DNA from: an uncultured Gammaproteobacteria bacterium
GTDB taxonomy: Bacteria > Patescibacteriota > Patescibacteriia > Patescibacteriales > UBA12465
DNA length: 64,000 bases
NCBI GenBank assembly: GCA_964616855.1
Contig: CAZTUJ010000001.1
Coordinates: 451,102-515,101 of the forward strand
Direction of reading: 5' to 3'
Notes under the pieces: generated by a model
Seen by the model: the letters and a program-made list of their open reading frames with translations, nothing else
What the model was told of the DNA's origin: nothing
Database searches by the model: none
Shown: piece after piece, positions 1-9,861 of the stretch
Layout of the letters: the number at the start of each line of letters is the position of its first letter
How positions within the stretch are numbered: the first letter of the stretch is position 1
Translations under genes and position numbers: made by a program

Positions 1-783
1 ATCTCTTCTTGGGATCGCAAAGATATTATTAATGAGTTAATTAACGCCCTGAAAGACAAACTGATGGCTTTACCGCTAAATCAGTATCCGCAATTAATTG
101 CCCGCCTCAATGAAAGTCTTGGCCGCGGCGACCTTTTACTTTATTTTAACAACCCTGAACGCCAAGCCATTGCTCTTGACCTAGGTGGGGCCGGGGAACT
201 TAAAAATGTTTCTGGAGACTATCTCATGGTAGTAGATGCCAACTTAGCCGCCTTCAAAAGCGATGCTGTTATGAAGAAAAATATCAGCTACCATTTGTTA
301 ACAGAACAGCAAGGGCTTAAAGCCGAACTCCGACTCAACTACCAACATACTGGTGGCTTTGACTGGCGCACGACTCGCTATCGCAGCTATACAAGGGTCC
401 TGGCGCCCTTGGGCAGTGAGTTAATAGATATTAAAGGCGTTGACCGCGCCGCCAGTGATTTTGTCAGCTATGACGACAACACCTTAGGCAAACATGTTTT
501 TGGCTTCTTCTGGAGTATTGAGCCAGGGCAGAATGGAGAAATAAACTTAAGTTACAAGCTTCCTTCCAGACTTTATGAAAACTTGGATGCCAATAAGGTG
601 TACACACTTTTTGTTCAACGCCAACCAGGAAGCCGGATTGAAGCCTTATCAATTAACTTAGAGCCCGGAAAAGAGATAATTCAAGTCAGTCCTCAAAATC
701 TAGAAGGAGAAATCAAAAAAAATGGAGCTTATTGGACACTTAAGCTAGAAAAAAACCAAGCCCTTCAGCTATTGACTAAATAA
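1..783 (+). CDS. Partial CDS (5' end outside window); C-terminal region resembles the C-terminus of the DUF4012 protein at 62070..64000
   Basis: Frame is open from nt 1 with no upstream stop. C-terminal motifs (LFVQRQPGS...INLEPG; EINLSYKLP) parallel LLVQKQPGA...FNLELP and VIRLRYRLP of the 62070..64000 protein. Confidence 0.45.
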   Translation: MSSWDRKDIINELINALKDKLMALPLNQYPQLIARLNESLGRGDLLLYFNNPERQAIALDLGGAGELKNVSGDYLMVVDANLAAFKSDAVMKKNISYHLLTEQQGLKAELRLNYQHTGGFDWRTTRYRSYTRVLAPLGSELIDIKGVDRAASDFVSYDDNTLGKHVFGFFWSIEPGQNGEINLSYKLPSRLYENLDANKVYTLFVQRQPGSRIEALSINLEPGKEIIQVSPQNLEGEIKKNGAYWTLKLEKNQALQLLTK

Positions 784-847
784 TGGAAAGATATTATAGT
801 AATATATCAGATTCCTAAATTTCTTTAACAATTAAAACCACCGCATA

Positions 848-1873
848 ATGAAAAAAATCCCATTTATCCTGATTTTTCTGCTGTTTTGCCTTATTCTAAA
901 AGCTCAGATTAAAACCGCTGTCTACTGGACAGCGCCAACCATGAGCGCACAAGATGCAAGCAAACTGACCAAAGACCAGCTAGTAATTGTTGACTATGAA
1001 AACATCGCCAACAATTGGCAGCACACCAAAAAGATTAAGAGCTCAAACAATAAAACTAAGCTCTTAATTTACTCCAACACCATGGAAATCTGGAGCTCCG
1101 GACAGGTGCCACATCGCCCCATGGCTAATAAATTATGGCATCAACTACCAGCGGAATACCGTTTAAAGAATAAGAACAAAAAACCGGTAGTCTTCTGGCA
1201 GGACATGGAGGTGATGAATATCACCAGAAACTGCCCGCGCATCAACGGGAAGAACTATAACGAATACTATCGGGAATGGCTCCTAAAAAATGCTCTTCCT
1301 GATTCGCTTAAACGTTACATCGATGGCTATTTCCAAGATAATGGTAATTCCACTATTTCTTGGGTTGACCCGGGTATAGACTCGGATAACAATGGCCAGG
1401 CCGATAATCCGCGCGTCTTGGATGCCGCTTGGCAGTCCGGAATGATTGATTTTCTGACAACAATCAGGGAAGCAAAAGGAGATAATTTTATCATCATCAC
1501 CAACAAAGGTGAAAAAAATCTTTTCTTCTTAAATGATGGTGTGATGTTCGAAAAATTTCCTAACGACTACCTGGGCGATAATCGCGCTGGTGGTTGGTAC
1601 AGATGTATGGAAATCGCCGAAGCCGCTGGTCCTTATACCATTTTCCAGGTAGACTGGGAGAGTCTTGAATTTGGTATTGCCAGCAGCTTATTACTTGACA
1701 ATATTTACATAGCCGTAGGCCAAAACCTCCAAATCCCGGACCAATACCGGGTGCCTACAGGCAAACCGCTTGGCAAACAGTACAAGAAAGGTGACTTGTA
1801 TTGTCGTGACTACGAGCTAGTCACCATTGAGGTTAACCCGGTAAAAAGGACTGGGCGCCTGGTGCCAAGATGA
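848..1873 (+). CDS. Secreted glycoside-hydrolase-like TIM-barrel protein (GHL family), paralog of the N-terminal domain of 22168..24168
   Basis: Signal peptide MKKIPFILIFLLFCLILKA; shared motifs with the 666-aa protein (NGK-YNEY/ANGKKFNEF, D-DNNGQ-D); TGA stop overlaps the next start (ATGA). Confidence 0.5.
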   Translation: MKKIPFILIFLLFCLILKAQIKTAVYWTAPTMSAQDASKLTKDQLVIVDYENIANNWQHTKKIKSSNNKTKLLIYSNTMEIWSSGQVPHRPMANKLWHQLPAEYRLKNKNKKPVVFWQDMEVMNITRNCPRINGKNYNEYYREWLLKNALPDSLKRYIDGYFQDNGNSTISWVDPGIDSDNNGQADNPRVLDAAWQSGMIDFLTTIREAKGDNFIIITNKGEKNLFFLNDGVMFEKFPNDYLGDNRAGGWYRCMEIAEAAGPYTIFQVDWESLEFGIASSLLLDNIYIAVGQNLQIPDQYRVPTGKPLGKQYKKGDLYCRDYELVTIEVNPVKRTGRLVPR

Positions 1874-3279
1874 GAGTTAAGCTCCACCTAAGAAACGGAG
1901 ACGCTCCGCTACGCTATCCGCAAGGAATTCTCTACAAGGACCCGCAACTCAGCGGGTCTTTTTTTATTCCCCCTTTTCCGCTATCATTATCTTATATGCT
2001 TACCTATCTTAGCCTAGCTGGCGGCCTTGCCGGTATTATTATTTTAGGGCTTAACCCAGCTCTGAGTATTTTTTTATTATCTTTTTCGGTGCCAGCCATT
2101 AATTGGGTGATAAATATCGGACCCCTAGAGGTACCGTTTTCCGATTTAATTGCGGTAAGCGTCTTTTTTGCCTGGCTTCTATCCTTAATTTTTAGTTTAA
2201 TTTTTCAGCCAAACAAAGAAGTAAAATTAAAATTTCCTTTATTTTTTGCCTTCTCTTGTTTATTAATAACTAATGCCTTTTCTCTATTTAATCACCCTCA
2301 ACCTTTAAATGGCTTTTATTACCTTACCCGTTGGCTAATTTTGCTTTACGCTGCCTATATTTTTCTTCCAGCCAACCTAATAAAAAAAGAAAAAACTTTA
2401 AAAATAGCCGTAACTGGACTAGCGCTAGCTTCTTTAATAGTAATGATTAGCGGCTGGCTTAGTCTTTGGGGGCAAGACTGGCAGAATAGTTTTTTCCGCT
2501 TAAAATCTAGCGCTTGGTGGGGAATATATCCTTTTGGTGAAAATCACAATTTAATCGCCGAATTTTTAAGCGTCGGTGCCTTTCTCTGGCTAGCCCTTAA
2601 AGAATGGTCTCAAAATGAAAAAATTAGCCGAATTTATAAGAGCCTCTTTGTCCTTAGTCTTGCCGCCGCTATTATGTCTTTCTCCCGGGCAGCCTGGATT
2701 ACTATTTTCTTGCAATTAGGCGCGCTCATAGTCTGGCGTAATCGCCAATTTCTAAAAAAACAGGGGGGCCTAGTCTTGCTAGTAATTATTGCTGGATCTC
2801 TTTTAATGCTACCCCTCTTTTGGCGCATGAAAATTCTCCAAGCTGAGAATATTAGCTCTACGGAAAACAGAGTCTTGCTTTTAGAAATAGCCTATAAAGC
2901 CTGGCAAGACAAACCAATATTAGGTCAGGGAAGCGGTCGCTTTACGGAACTAGTAGCCGATAATATTCGTTTTACCGCCAAATATGGCGCCCCTATTGAC
3001 TCCCACGGCTTCATTCAGAAAATAGCCGCCGAGGCTGGAAGCATTGGCTTAATTGCCTGGTTTTTCTTATTAGCCGTTGTTGTTAAAAAAGCTTTAGTAG
3101 GTATTAAAAAATACGGTAAAAACGCCCCTTGGCTTTTACCTCTATGGTTAGCGGCGGGCGGTGGCCTCTTCTTCCAAATTTTTAATACTTCTTACTATAA
3201 AGGCAAAGTTTGGCTGATTATTGCCCTTGCTTTAATCGCTACCGAATTAGCGCAAAAGAAATATGGCCCCAAAGATTAA
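1870..3279 (+). CDS. O-antigen ligase / Wzy_C family polytopic membrane protein
   Basis: About 10 hydrophobic segments; periplasmic-loop motif SFSRAAWITIFLQLGALIV typical of Wzy_C/WaaL ligases; sits in a GT cluster. Confidence 0.65.
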   Translation: MRVKLHLRNGDAPLRYPQGILYKDPQLSGSFFIPPFPLSLSYMLTYLSLAGGLAGIIILGLNPALSIFLLSFSVPAINWVINIGPLEVPFSDLIAVSVFFAWLLSLIFSLIFQPNKEVKLKFPLFFAFSCLLITNAFSLFNHPQPLNGFYYLTRWLILLYAAYIFLPANLIKKEKTLKIAVTGLALASLIVMISGWLSLWGQDWQNSFFRLKSSAWWGIYPFGENHNLIAEFLSVGAFLWLALKEWSQNEKISRIYKSLFVLSLAAAIMSFSRAAWITIFLQLGALIVWRNRQFLKKQGGLVLLVIIAGSLLMLPLFWRMKILQAENISSTENRVLLLEIAYKAWQDKPILGQGSGRFTELVADNIRFTAKYGAPIDSHGFIQKIAAEAGSIGLIAWFFLLAVVVKKALVGIKKYGKNAPWLLPLWLAAGGGLFFQIFNTSYYKGKVWLIIALALIATELAQKKYGPKD

Positions 3280-4372
3280 AATCACCTATATTATGCCCAG
3301 CATGGCGAGCGGGGGCGCAGAGCGCTTCCTCCTCGACCTTTTACAAACAATTGACCGTGAACGCTTTGATCCTTTAGTAATTCTTTTTAAAGAGGCGGGC
3401 CGCTGGCACCAAGAGTTAGAAAAATTAAATTTACCAATCTTTATATTATCAAAGAAATCAAAGATTTCCTTAGCCAACTTCTGGCAAATATATAAATTAT
3501 TAAAAAAAGAAAGACCCGCTATTGTTCACACTCAGCTGGGTGGAGATTTGCGCGGCCGCCTGGCCGCTAAATTGGCCGGGGTTAAAATCATCGTCTCTAC
3601 CGAACAAAACATTAACCGCCAAGAATCCTGGTATCAGCGCTGGGCAAAAATAATTACCTCACTTTGGACGGAAGCAATTGTCGCGATTTCCCCAGCCGTA
3701 GCTAAGGATATGCATAGACGCTATTTCCTACCTTGGAAAAAATGCGAATTAATCATCCCCAACGGTATTCCTTTAAAAAAATTTGAATATCAAGAAAAAA
3801 GACCAGAAACTGGAATTATTACTGTAGGAGCAGTTGGTCGCTTAAACAAACAAAAAGGTTTTGACATCTTAATTGAAGCCTGGCTAAAAGTTAAAATAGA
3901 AAACACTCGTCTAATAATCGCGGGAGAGGGTGAAGAAAGAGAAGTTTTGCAAAAACAAATTGAAAAACTTGGATTAAGTCAACAAATCAGTCTGATTGGT
4001 AATGTCCAAGATATGTCCGCTTTTTACCAAAGCCTTAATCTTCTCGTCATGCCTTCACGCTGGGAAGGACTAGGCATTGCCGCTTTAGAAGCGGGTGCCT
4101 GTGGTGTCCCCGTAGTTGCTAGCGCTGTTGATGGTCTCGGCGATATTATTAACGAAAACACTGGCTGGTCTCTCATTCCTAACGATGCTAAAGAATTGGC
4201 GAGAGTTTTACAAGAAGCTCTATCTCAATTAAACAGCGAGGTCACTAGATTTAAACAAGCTAAACTACGAACACTAATAGAGGAAAAATATAGCATTAAC
4301 CAGGTAACGGTTAATTACGAAGATCTTTATTTAAAATTATGGCGCCAACATTATGAAAATATTGCAGGTTAA
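3263..4372 (+). CDS. Glycosyltransferase family 4 (GT-B, Glycos_transf_1)
   Basis: N-terminal MPSMASGGAERF, C-terminal LLVMPSRWEGLGIAALEAGACGVPVVAS...GLGDII (E-x7-E region). Confidence 0.85.
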   Translation: MAPKIKITYIMPSMASGGAERFLLDLLQTIDRERFDPLVILFKEAGRWHQELEKLNLPIFILSKKSKISLANFWQIYKLLKKERPAIVHTQLGGDLRGRLAAKLAGVKIIVSTEQNINRQESWYQRWAKIITSLWTEAIVAISPAVAKDMHRRYFLPWKKCELIIPNGIPLKKFEYQEKRPETGIITVGAVGRLNKQKGFDILIEAWLKVKIENTRLIIAGEGEEREVLQKQIEKLGLSQQISLIGNVQDMSAFYQSLNLLVMPSRWEGLGIAALEAGACGVPVVASAVDGLGDIINENTGWSLIPNDAKELARVLQEALSQLNSEVTRFKQAKLRTLIEEKYSINQVTVNYEDLYLKLWRQHYENIAG

Positions 4373-5570
4373 CAAATATCACTACCCGCGCGGTGGTGCC
4401 GACCGCTACTATTTAGACTTAGGCAAACGCCTAGAAGCTGAGGGGCATGATGTTGCCTACTTTGCCATGCAGCATCCTAAAAATCTAGAGAGCTCCTGGT
4501 CTAAATATTTCGTCAGCCGGGTTAGCTATAATGAACAAGTCTGGCGCTACGCCTGGAAAATACCAGGAAGAACTCTATATAGTCTGGAAACAAAAAGAAA
4601 ATTTACCCGCTTGCTTAAAAATTTTTGCCCCGACGTTATTCATCTTCATAATATTTATCACCAATTATCACCCTCACTTTTAGATGTCGCTGCTGCTTTC
4701 AAAATTCCGGTAGTCATGCATTTACACGACTATAAGTTAGTCTGTCCTAATCACTCACTCTTTACTCAAGGTAAAGTTTGTCAGGAATGCTTGCGTGGTT
4801 CTTACTGGCCCTGTATTAAGCGCCGCTGTGTCAAAGATTCCAGTCTCGCCAGCCTATTAGCGGCCGGGGAAATGTATCTGCACCATAATATTTTAAAGAT
4901 TTACGAAAAGAAAGTTAATCTCTTTATTTCTCCTAGTAATTTTCTGAAAAACATCTTAGTGGCTGCTGGCTGGCCAGAAGAAAAGATTATTGTGGTTAAT
5001 AACGCCTTCCGCGCTGATTTACCCCTACCTTTAAACGATGACCGCCAAAACTACTTCCTCTACTACGGTCGCTTAAGTCAAGAAAAGGGAATTGACCTAG
5101 CTCTAAAGGCGGTTGCTGATGATAAACATTTAAGTTTAAAAATAGTCGGTAGCGGACCGGAAGACGACTTTTTGCAAACACTGGGCGGTGAAGCCGCCAG
5201 GGAAGGGCGGATTGAATTTTTGGGTTGGCAAGAAGGGCGCGCTCTTTCTACTTTAATTGCCCAAGCGCAAGCGGTAATAATTCCTTCTCGCTGGCTCGAG
5301 AACTTTCCTCTTAACGCTTTAGAGGCTTTGTCTTTAGGTACGCCGGTAATTGCTGCTAATATCGGCGGCTTGCCAGAGATAGTTAATGATAGTAACGGCA
5401 TCTTAGTGCCCGCTGAAGATATTGGGGCTTTAAAAAAAGCCATGTTAAAAATAATTAATCACGAAAAGATTTGGCAACGAGCAGAGCTACAAGCGAGTGC
5501 CCACCGCTTTAGCCCCGAAAAAAACCGCCAAGAAGTATTGCTTGTTTACCAAAAACTACTCTCTAAGTAG
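4353..5570 (+). CDS. Glycosyltransferase family 4
   Basis: KILQVNKYHYPRGGADRY N-terminus; VIIPSRWLENFPLNALEALSLGTPVIAANIGGLPEIV C-terminus. Confidence 0.8.
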   Translation: MKILQVNKYHYPRGGADRYYLDLGKRLEAEGHDVAYFAMQHPKNLESSWSKYFVSRVSYNEQVWRYAWKIPGRTLYSLETKRKFTRLLKNFCPDVIHLHNIYHQLSPSLLDVAAAFKIPVVMHLHDYKLVCPNHSLFTQGKVCQECLRGSYWPCIKRRCVKDSSLASLLAAGEMYLHHNILKIYEKKVNLFISPSNFLKNILVAAGWPEEKIIVVNNAFRADLPLPLNDDRQNYFLYYGRLSQEKGIDLALKAVADDKHLSLKIVGSGPEDDFLQTLGGEAAREGRIEFLGWQEGRALSTLIAQAQAVIIPSRWLENFPLNALEALSLGTPVIAANIGGLPEIVNDSNGILVPAEDIGALKKAMLKIINHEKIWQRAELQASAHRFSPEKNRQEVLLVYQKLLSK

Positions 5571-5575
5571 CTAAC

Positions 5576-5606
5576 AAAAAAACGCTCCTTCCGGAGCGTT
5601 TTTTAT
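5576..5606. terminator. Bidirectional rho-independent terminator between convergent genes
   Basis: aaaaa-AACGCTCC-ttcc-GGAGCGTT-ttttt. Confidence 0.6.
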
Positions 5607-5623
5607 ATAAACAATAAAATTAA

Positions 5624-6892
5624 TTATTCAATCGTAAAAGCAATGCTATAACTCATCTTCGAACTTACACCGTCAACTTTAATGTCGTAAGCATCGGCGT
5701 TAACGGTGGGAACAGTGAGAATCTGTTGAAAGCGACCGCGTTGATCTGCTTTTAGACTCTGCTTTTTGCCAGCAAAATCTAAATTTAAATTTTCGTTCGG
5801 TAAAAAACCGCCACCATTAATAGAAACTTGACTGTTGGCGGCACCGCGATTCTTATCAAGTCTTAAGAAAAGACTTTCGCTAGCCTCAACACTATTGTCT
5901 TCTTCATCTGCCAAGAAAGCTGCTACTTTTTCTAACTTATCATTTAAAATAAGAATATTAGCATTGTTGAAAACAACCACCTTATCGCCATCAAGATTAA
6001 CCGTCTCTAAACCCATAGCCCAACCGCGGGGGCCGGCTAAACCGCCAGTCCAAGCCCAGTCAGCTTCTTTCATAGTTTCTTTATTTAACTTAACCACGCC
6101 GATACCATTAGAGAAATAGGCAAAGGAAGTAAAGCCAGAAGCATCAATATCGTAGCCTTCATATTCTAAATGTTTAAAACTGGAGACTAAGTGACCCTGA
6201 AGATTGAATTTCTTAGCATAGTAATCATCAACAACCAAGATATCATTGTTAGCGTCAACAAAAATTTTGTGAGCGCTACGGTTATTCTTAAAATTTAAAG
6301 CAATCTCTTTAACCAAGCTGCGAGTCTCCCGATCATAAATCATCAACTTACCGTCTTGGACATTAAAGAAGAAGTGGTCATTGCCGCGAACATTATAGGG
6401 AACCTCTTCATTACCAAAAGCGTATTCATTAATAACCTGTAAATCATTATTCCAGATTTTTACACTTTTAGCACTAATGGTAACTAAATCACCGCCCATT
6501 TCATCCACGCGGTTATACCACTCCCAGTAAGAATTTTTAATGGAATTAACAAGATTAAGCTGATTACCAACTAATTCATATTTATAGAGACTAAAGTCAG
6601 TCACTGTATAAACGAAAAGGCGGCCGCCCTCCTCTCGGAGATGGGCATCATAAAAGCTCCCGTATTTACCAAATTTTTGGTCAAATGGCTTGACTTTAGC
6701 AACGCGCTCTAATTTAGCGCCTTCTAGCCGGAAAAACTCCAGGCTGCCGGTATTAGCAGTGGCCACGTAAAGCTTATTTTTGTAAACAAGCGCGTCACCA
6801 GAGTAATAAGATTTAGTTTTACCCTGAGAATAAGAGGCAAATACTAAAGAGATAATGCCTAATATTACAGTAAAAATAGCAATTTTTTTCAT
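5624..6892 (-). CDS. Secreted hypothetical protein (beta-rich, possibly propeller-like)
   Basis: ATG at 6892 gives MKKIAIFTVILGIISLVFASYSQ signal peptide; the longer ORF to 6928 uses a TTG start. Confidence 0.5.
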   Translation of the reverse strand: MKKIAIFTVILGIISLVFASYSQGKTKSYYSGDALVYKNKLYVATANTGSLEFFRLEGAKLERVAKVKPFDQKFGKYGSFYDAHLREEGGRLFVYTVTDFSLYKYELVGNQLNLVNSIKNSYWEWYNRVDEMGGDLVTISAKSVKIWNNDLQVINEYAFGNEEVPYNVRGNDHFFFNVQDGKLMIYDRETRSLVKEIALNFKNNRSAHKIFVDANNDILVVDDYYAKKFNLQGHLVSSFKHLEYEGYDIDASGFTSFAYFSNGIGVVKLNKETMKEADWAWTGGLAGPRGWAMGLETVNLDGDKVVVFNNANILILNDKLEKVAAFLADEEDNSVEASESLFLRLDKNRGAANSQVSINGGGFLPNENLNLDFAGKKQSLKADQRGRFQQILTVPTVNADAYDIKVDGVSSKMSYSIAFTIE

Positions 6893-7044
6893 AATATTTA
6901 AAAAAATCAAATAATCTTGTAAAGACAAGTCTATTGATAGTATCTTAATTATTTAAAAATGTCAATAGTAAAACTTCAATTAAGCCCCGCTACCCCTTGA
7001 CAAATAAAAAGTAATATATTATAATATAAAATCAAACTAAAATT

Positions 7045-7848
7045 ATGGATTTAAAAGAATTTCTATTTTTAATCAAGCGCAAGAGCCAAACCATCATTTT
7101 GATGATTTTAACGGCGGTCATTTTAACGGCTGGCGCCTCACTCCTATTTCCTCTGCGCTATGAGGCTAGCTCCCGTTTGTTAATTACCCAAGAAACGGGC
7201 ATGGCGGATGCCTATACGGTTTCCCGCTCTAACGAATACTTAGGTAATCTTTTTGCCCAAGTAGCTCGCTCCGCTTCTTTCTTTGATTTAGTGGCTAGCT
7301 CTCAATATAATATTGAGGATTCATATTTTCAGGGAACTTATGCCCAGAAGATGAAAACCTGGCGCAACACCGTCCAAACTCGCACTTTGAGTGATTCTGG
7401 CATTATTGAAGTTAAAGTCTATCACACTAGCCCCTATCAAGCTCAACAGATTGCTTTAGCCGTAAATGACGTCATGGTTAATAAGAATACTAATTATCAG
7501 GGCAACGGTGATAAAGTCAAAATCAATATTATTGACCAGCCCCTAGTATCCTCTTACCCAGTTAAACCAAATATTTTACAAAATACTCTCTTAGCTGTTG
7601 TCTTCAGCGCTATCTTTGCCCTCTTCTATATCTACATCCTTCCGGAGAGACGTTATGACTGGCGCCTATTTGGTAATAAAAAGCCAAACAAACGGCATTA
7701 TAATAAAGAGGCGGCCACCAACGCCGTCTGGCAATACCTTCCTTACGAAAATCAGAATCCGACTAACGACGCCGAAGTCACCGCTCCAGAATCTGATCCA
7801 GCAGAGAATCTTGCCCCTCAAGGCAACATCAATAACATTTTAAGATAA
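7045..7848 (+). CDS. Wzz / polysaccharide chain-length-determinant family protein
   Basis: N-terminal TM then RYEASSRLLI (Wzz N-domain signature); second TM near the C-terminus (LLAVVFSAIFALFYIYIL); Pro/Asn-rich tail. Confidence 0.55.
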   Translation: MDLKEFLFLIKRKSQTIILMILTAVILTAGASLLFPLRYEASSRLLITQETGMADAYTVSRSNEYLGNLFAQVARSASFFDLVASSQYNIEDSYFQGTYAQKMKTWRNTVQTRTLSDSGIIEVKVYHTSPYQAQQIALAVNDVMVNKNTNYQGNGDKVKINIIDQPLVSSYPVKPNILQNTLLAVVFSAIFALFYIYILPERRYDWRLFGNKKPNKRHYNKEAATNAVWQYLPYENQNPTNDAEVTAPESDPAENLAPQGNINNILR

Positions 7849-7951
7849 TTGTCCTTCTGAGAGGAGTGCAGAAATCCTAATTTCTGCACCTCGCCCAGGA
7901 TAACAGTATCCGGAAATTAACAAAGATCATTACAACTAAATAATAGAAACC

Positions 7952-8824
7952 ATGAAGAAAAAGCTCTGCTTGATGATTATCTTGTTGAGCGGGGCTATCA
8001 TAGCCTCCGCTCAGAGTCCGACCCCCATCGGACGCCACTCCAATCTTTCTGTTTTTAGTGGATATTTTGCTAAGCAGCAAAATTCCAATAACAACGGCTC
8101 CTGGATTGGCGTCTATGGCGATGTTCCGCTCTATCGCTCTTTGAGTGAAGAGTGGAATATAAGTGCCTGGGGCGTGTATACCAGATCAGAATGGACCAAT
8201 AATATGGCTCCATACACTTCGAAAACCCAGGATTTTTCCTTGGGGCTAAGTACTGGCAAGTATAAAGAATTTTTTTCTTACACTCATTCATTCTATGGCG
8301 GTCTCGCCCTAGGATATAAACATTCCCGCGAAATCGGGAGAGTTGAGAAGAAAAAATATTCTTCAGAAAGCATCCAAAAAGACCACCTCTTGGTCGGCAA
8401 TATCAATCTTAACTTGATGAAATACTCAGGCTATCATCCATATTTCCTTCCAAGAACCCAGCTGGTTCTGTCGGGCCAATATGCCTTAGACGCTCAGAAA
8501 ACTCTAAGCGAAAACGGCAAACCAGCCCTACCTAACAAAGCTTGGGATAAATCCTTTTTGGAGCTTACCCTAAAGCAAAGCCTCTGGGACATCCCCTTGG
8601 GCAGGAATCAGAATGTCTTTCTCCAACCTAAAATTGGTGGCCAATTCAGCCGCTATTTCGATGGCGAAGAAAGAAATTCGTATGGACCCCTCATCGAGAT
8701 GAGCCTACACAAGGCCAGCAATGATGACTTTCTCTCCCTTACTTTGATGCATAAGCATCAGGGGAGGGAAAATGATTACCTTTTTATAATGCTCACCCTG
8801 AACTTACTGAAAATTTTCCAATAA
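7952..8824 (+). CDS. Secreted hypothetical protein
   Basis: Signal peptide MKKKLCLMIILLSGAIIASAQS; no recognised domain; GC somewhat higher than neighbouring genes. Confidence 0.45.
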   Translation: MKKKLCLMIILLSGAIIASAQSPTPIGRHSNLSVFSGYFAKQQNSNNNGSWIGVYGDVPLYRSLSEEWNISAWGVYTRSEWTNNMAPYTSKTQDFSLGLSTGKYKEFFSYTHSFYGGLALGYKHSREIGRVEKKKYSSESIQKDHLLVGNINLNLMKYSGYHPYFLPRTQLVLSGQYALDAQKTLSENGKPALPNKAWDKSFLELTLKQSLWDIPLGRNQNVFLQPKIGGQFSRYFDGEERNSYGPLIEMSLHKASNDDFLSLTLMHKHQGRENDYLFIMLTLNLLKIFQ

Positions 8825-8854
8825 ATTCAAAACTCACCGTAAAAATTAGACAAA

Positions 8855-9691
8855 ATGAAAAAAGGAGTAATTGCAATTATCGCTGTTGTCGCCGTTCTGT
8901 TGATTGGCGCAATCGTATGGTTAGCTGTATCGCTCAGCAAATCAAATTCTGAAAAAGATGAGCTCGCCAATCAGGCTCGTAGCTCAAACACCACTGTTGC
9001 CCCGGCACCATCACCCTGCGCCGACACTGCCCAGATGAGGCTTGACGCTGAAGCAGCTGATAAAGCCGCCGCTGATGCCGCGAAAGATGCTGCAGCAAAG
9101 AAAAAGGCTCTTAAAAATGCCATCAGGAAGTGCCAACCCAATTTTGCCAACGGAGACACATCTTATGTCATTATCATCAATCAGCAGACTGGCTCTACCG
9201 GTAATAAAAGCAACAATCGCAGCACTGGTGGAAATCAGCAAAAATCATCGACCGCTAAACCCGGACAACAGGTTTCCAGTTCCTACGAAGGAGCTGACAA
9301 GCCGACTGTAGTCCAGAACTACAAGCAGAGCTCAGCAGGAGCTCAGCAATTTGTCTGGAATATTCAGGCAGACGCCAACGGCCGTCCTAATGGTGACAAA
9401 TACTGGCCCCACCTGGAGAATGCAGCCAATCCCGCACAATACGTACCTGAAGCTGTTTCGAACGGACAGCGTGGATACAATGTATCTATGCCCAGCGTTC
9501 CCCCATTTTCGACAAACTATGGCTACAACCTTGATGAAAAGGTTGCCTGGAACCTCTGCAACATCCTCGACAACCCCAAGTTTGGTGGCTCTACCAACGT
9601 AATACTTGGAGGTGACTTCACCGGCTGGCAGTGGTTACCCGCCACCATTGAAAACGTAGGAGGGAAATCCTACTACGTAGTAAGATGGTAG
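8855..9691 (+). CDS. Membrane-anchored, Ala/Lys- and Gln/Ser-rich hypothetical surface protein
   Basis: N-terminal TM (VIAIIAVVAVLLIGAIVWLAV), low-complexity linker, C-terminal globular part; followed by a terminator. Confidence 0.45.
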   Translation: MKKGVIAIIAVVAVLLIGAIVWLAVSLSKSNSEKDELANQARSSNTTVAPAPSPCADTAQMRLDAEAADKAAADAAKDAAAKKKALKNAIRKCQPNFANGDTSYVIIINQQTGSTGNKSNNRSTGGNQQKSSTAKPGQQVSSSYEGADKPTVVQNYKQSSAGAQQFVWNIQADANGRPNGDKYWPHLENAANPAQYVPEAVSNGQRGYNVSMPSVPPFSTNYGYNLDEKVAWNLCNILDNPKFGGSTNVILGGDFTGWQWLPATIENVGGKSYYVVRW

Positions 9692-9718
9692 TGACCTACT
9701 AATTGTACTTTTAAAAAA

Positions 9719-9753
9719 GACCCAGAATCAGCAATGATTCTGGGGCTTTTTTT
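9719..9753 (+). terminator. Rho-independent terminator
   Basis: CCCAGAATCA-gcaa-TGATTCTGGG followed by TTTTTTT. Confidence 0.6.
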
Positions 9754-9789
9754 ATTGTCCAAGTAATTAACTAAATAGTTAAATATAAA

Positions 9790-9827
9790 AAAACACCCTC
9801 GCTATTGAGAGCAGCGAGGGCATTTTG
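9790..9827 (-). terminator. Rho-independent terminator for the minus-strand lipoprotein gene
   Basis: CCCTCGCT/AGCGAGGG stem with T-tract on the minus strand. Confidence 0.55.
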
Positions 9828-9861
9828 GAAAGAGCGAGTAAACGAGTGAACAAGTTTGTGT

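Noticed and set aside
848-1873. TGA recoding (alternative genetic code, as in some CPR lineages)
   Set aside because: TGA cleanly terminates several ORFs with an immediately overlapping downstream start (ATGA at 1870). Proteins are of normal length with TAA/TAG/TGA all used as stops.
5078-5443. Antisense and embedded ORFs of 60-175 aa inside confident genes (e.g. 5078..5443, 9011..9241, 10425..10748, 16638..16988, 39546..39895, 40586..41110, 41190..41456, 51116..51370)
   Set aside because: They lie wholly within or opposite well-supported CDSs. Their compositions are typical of out-of-frame translation (Arg/Ser/Pro-rich), with no motifs.
6893-6928. Longer N-terminus (MSLQDYLIFLNIM...) for the 5624..6928 secreted protein
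   Set aside because: It requires a TTG start. The ATG at 6892 starts directly at a canonical signal peptide.
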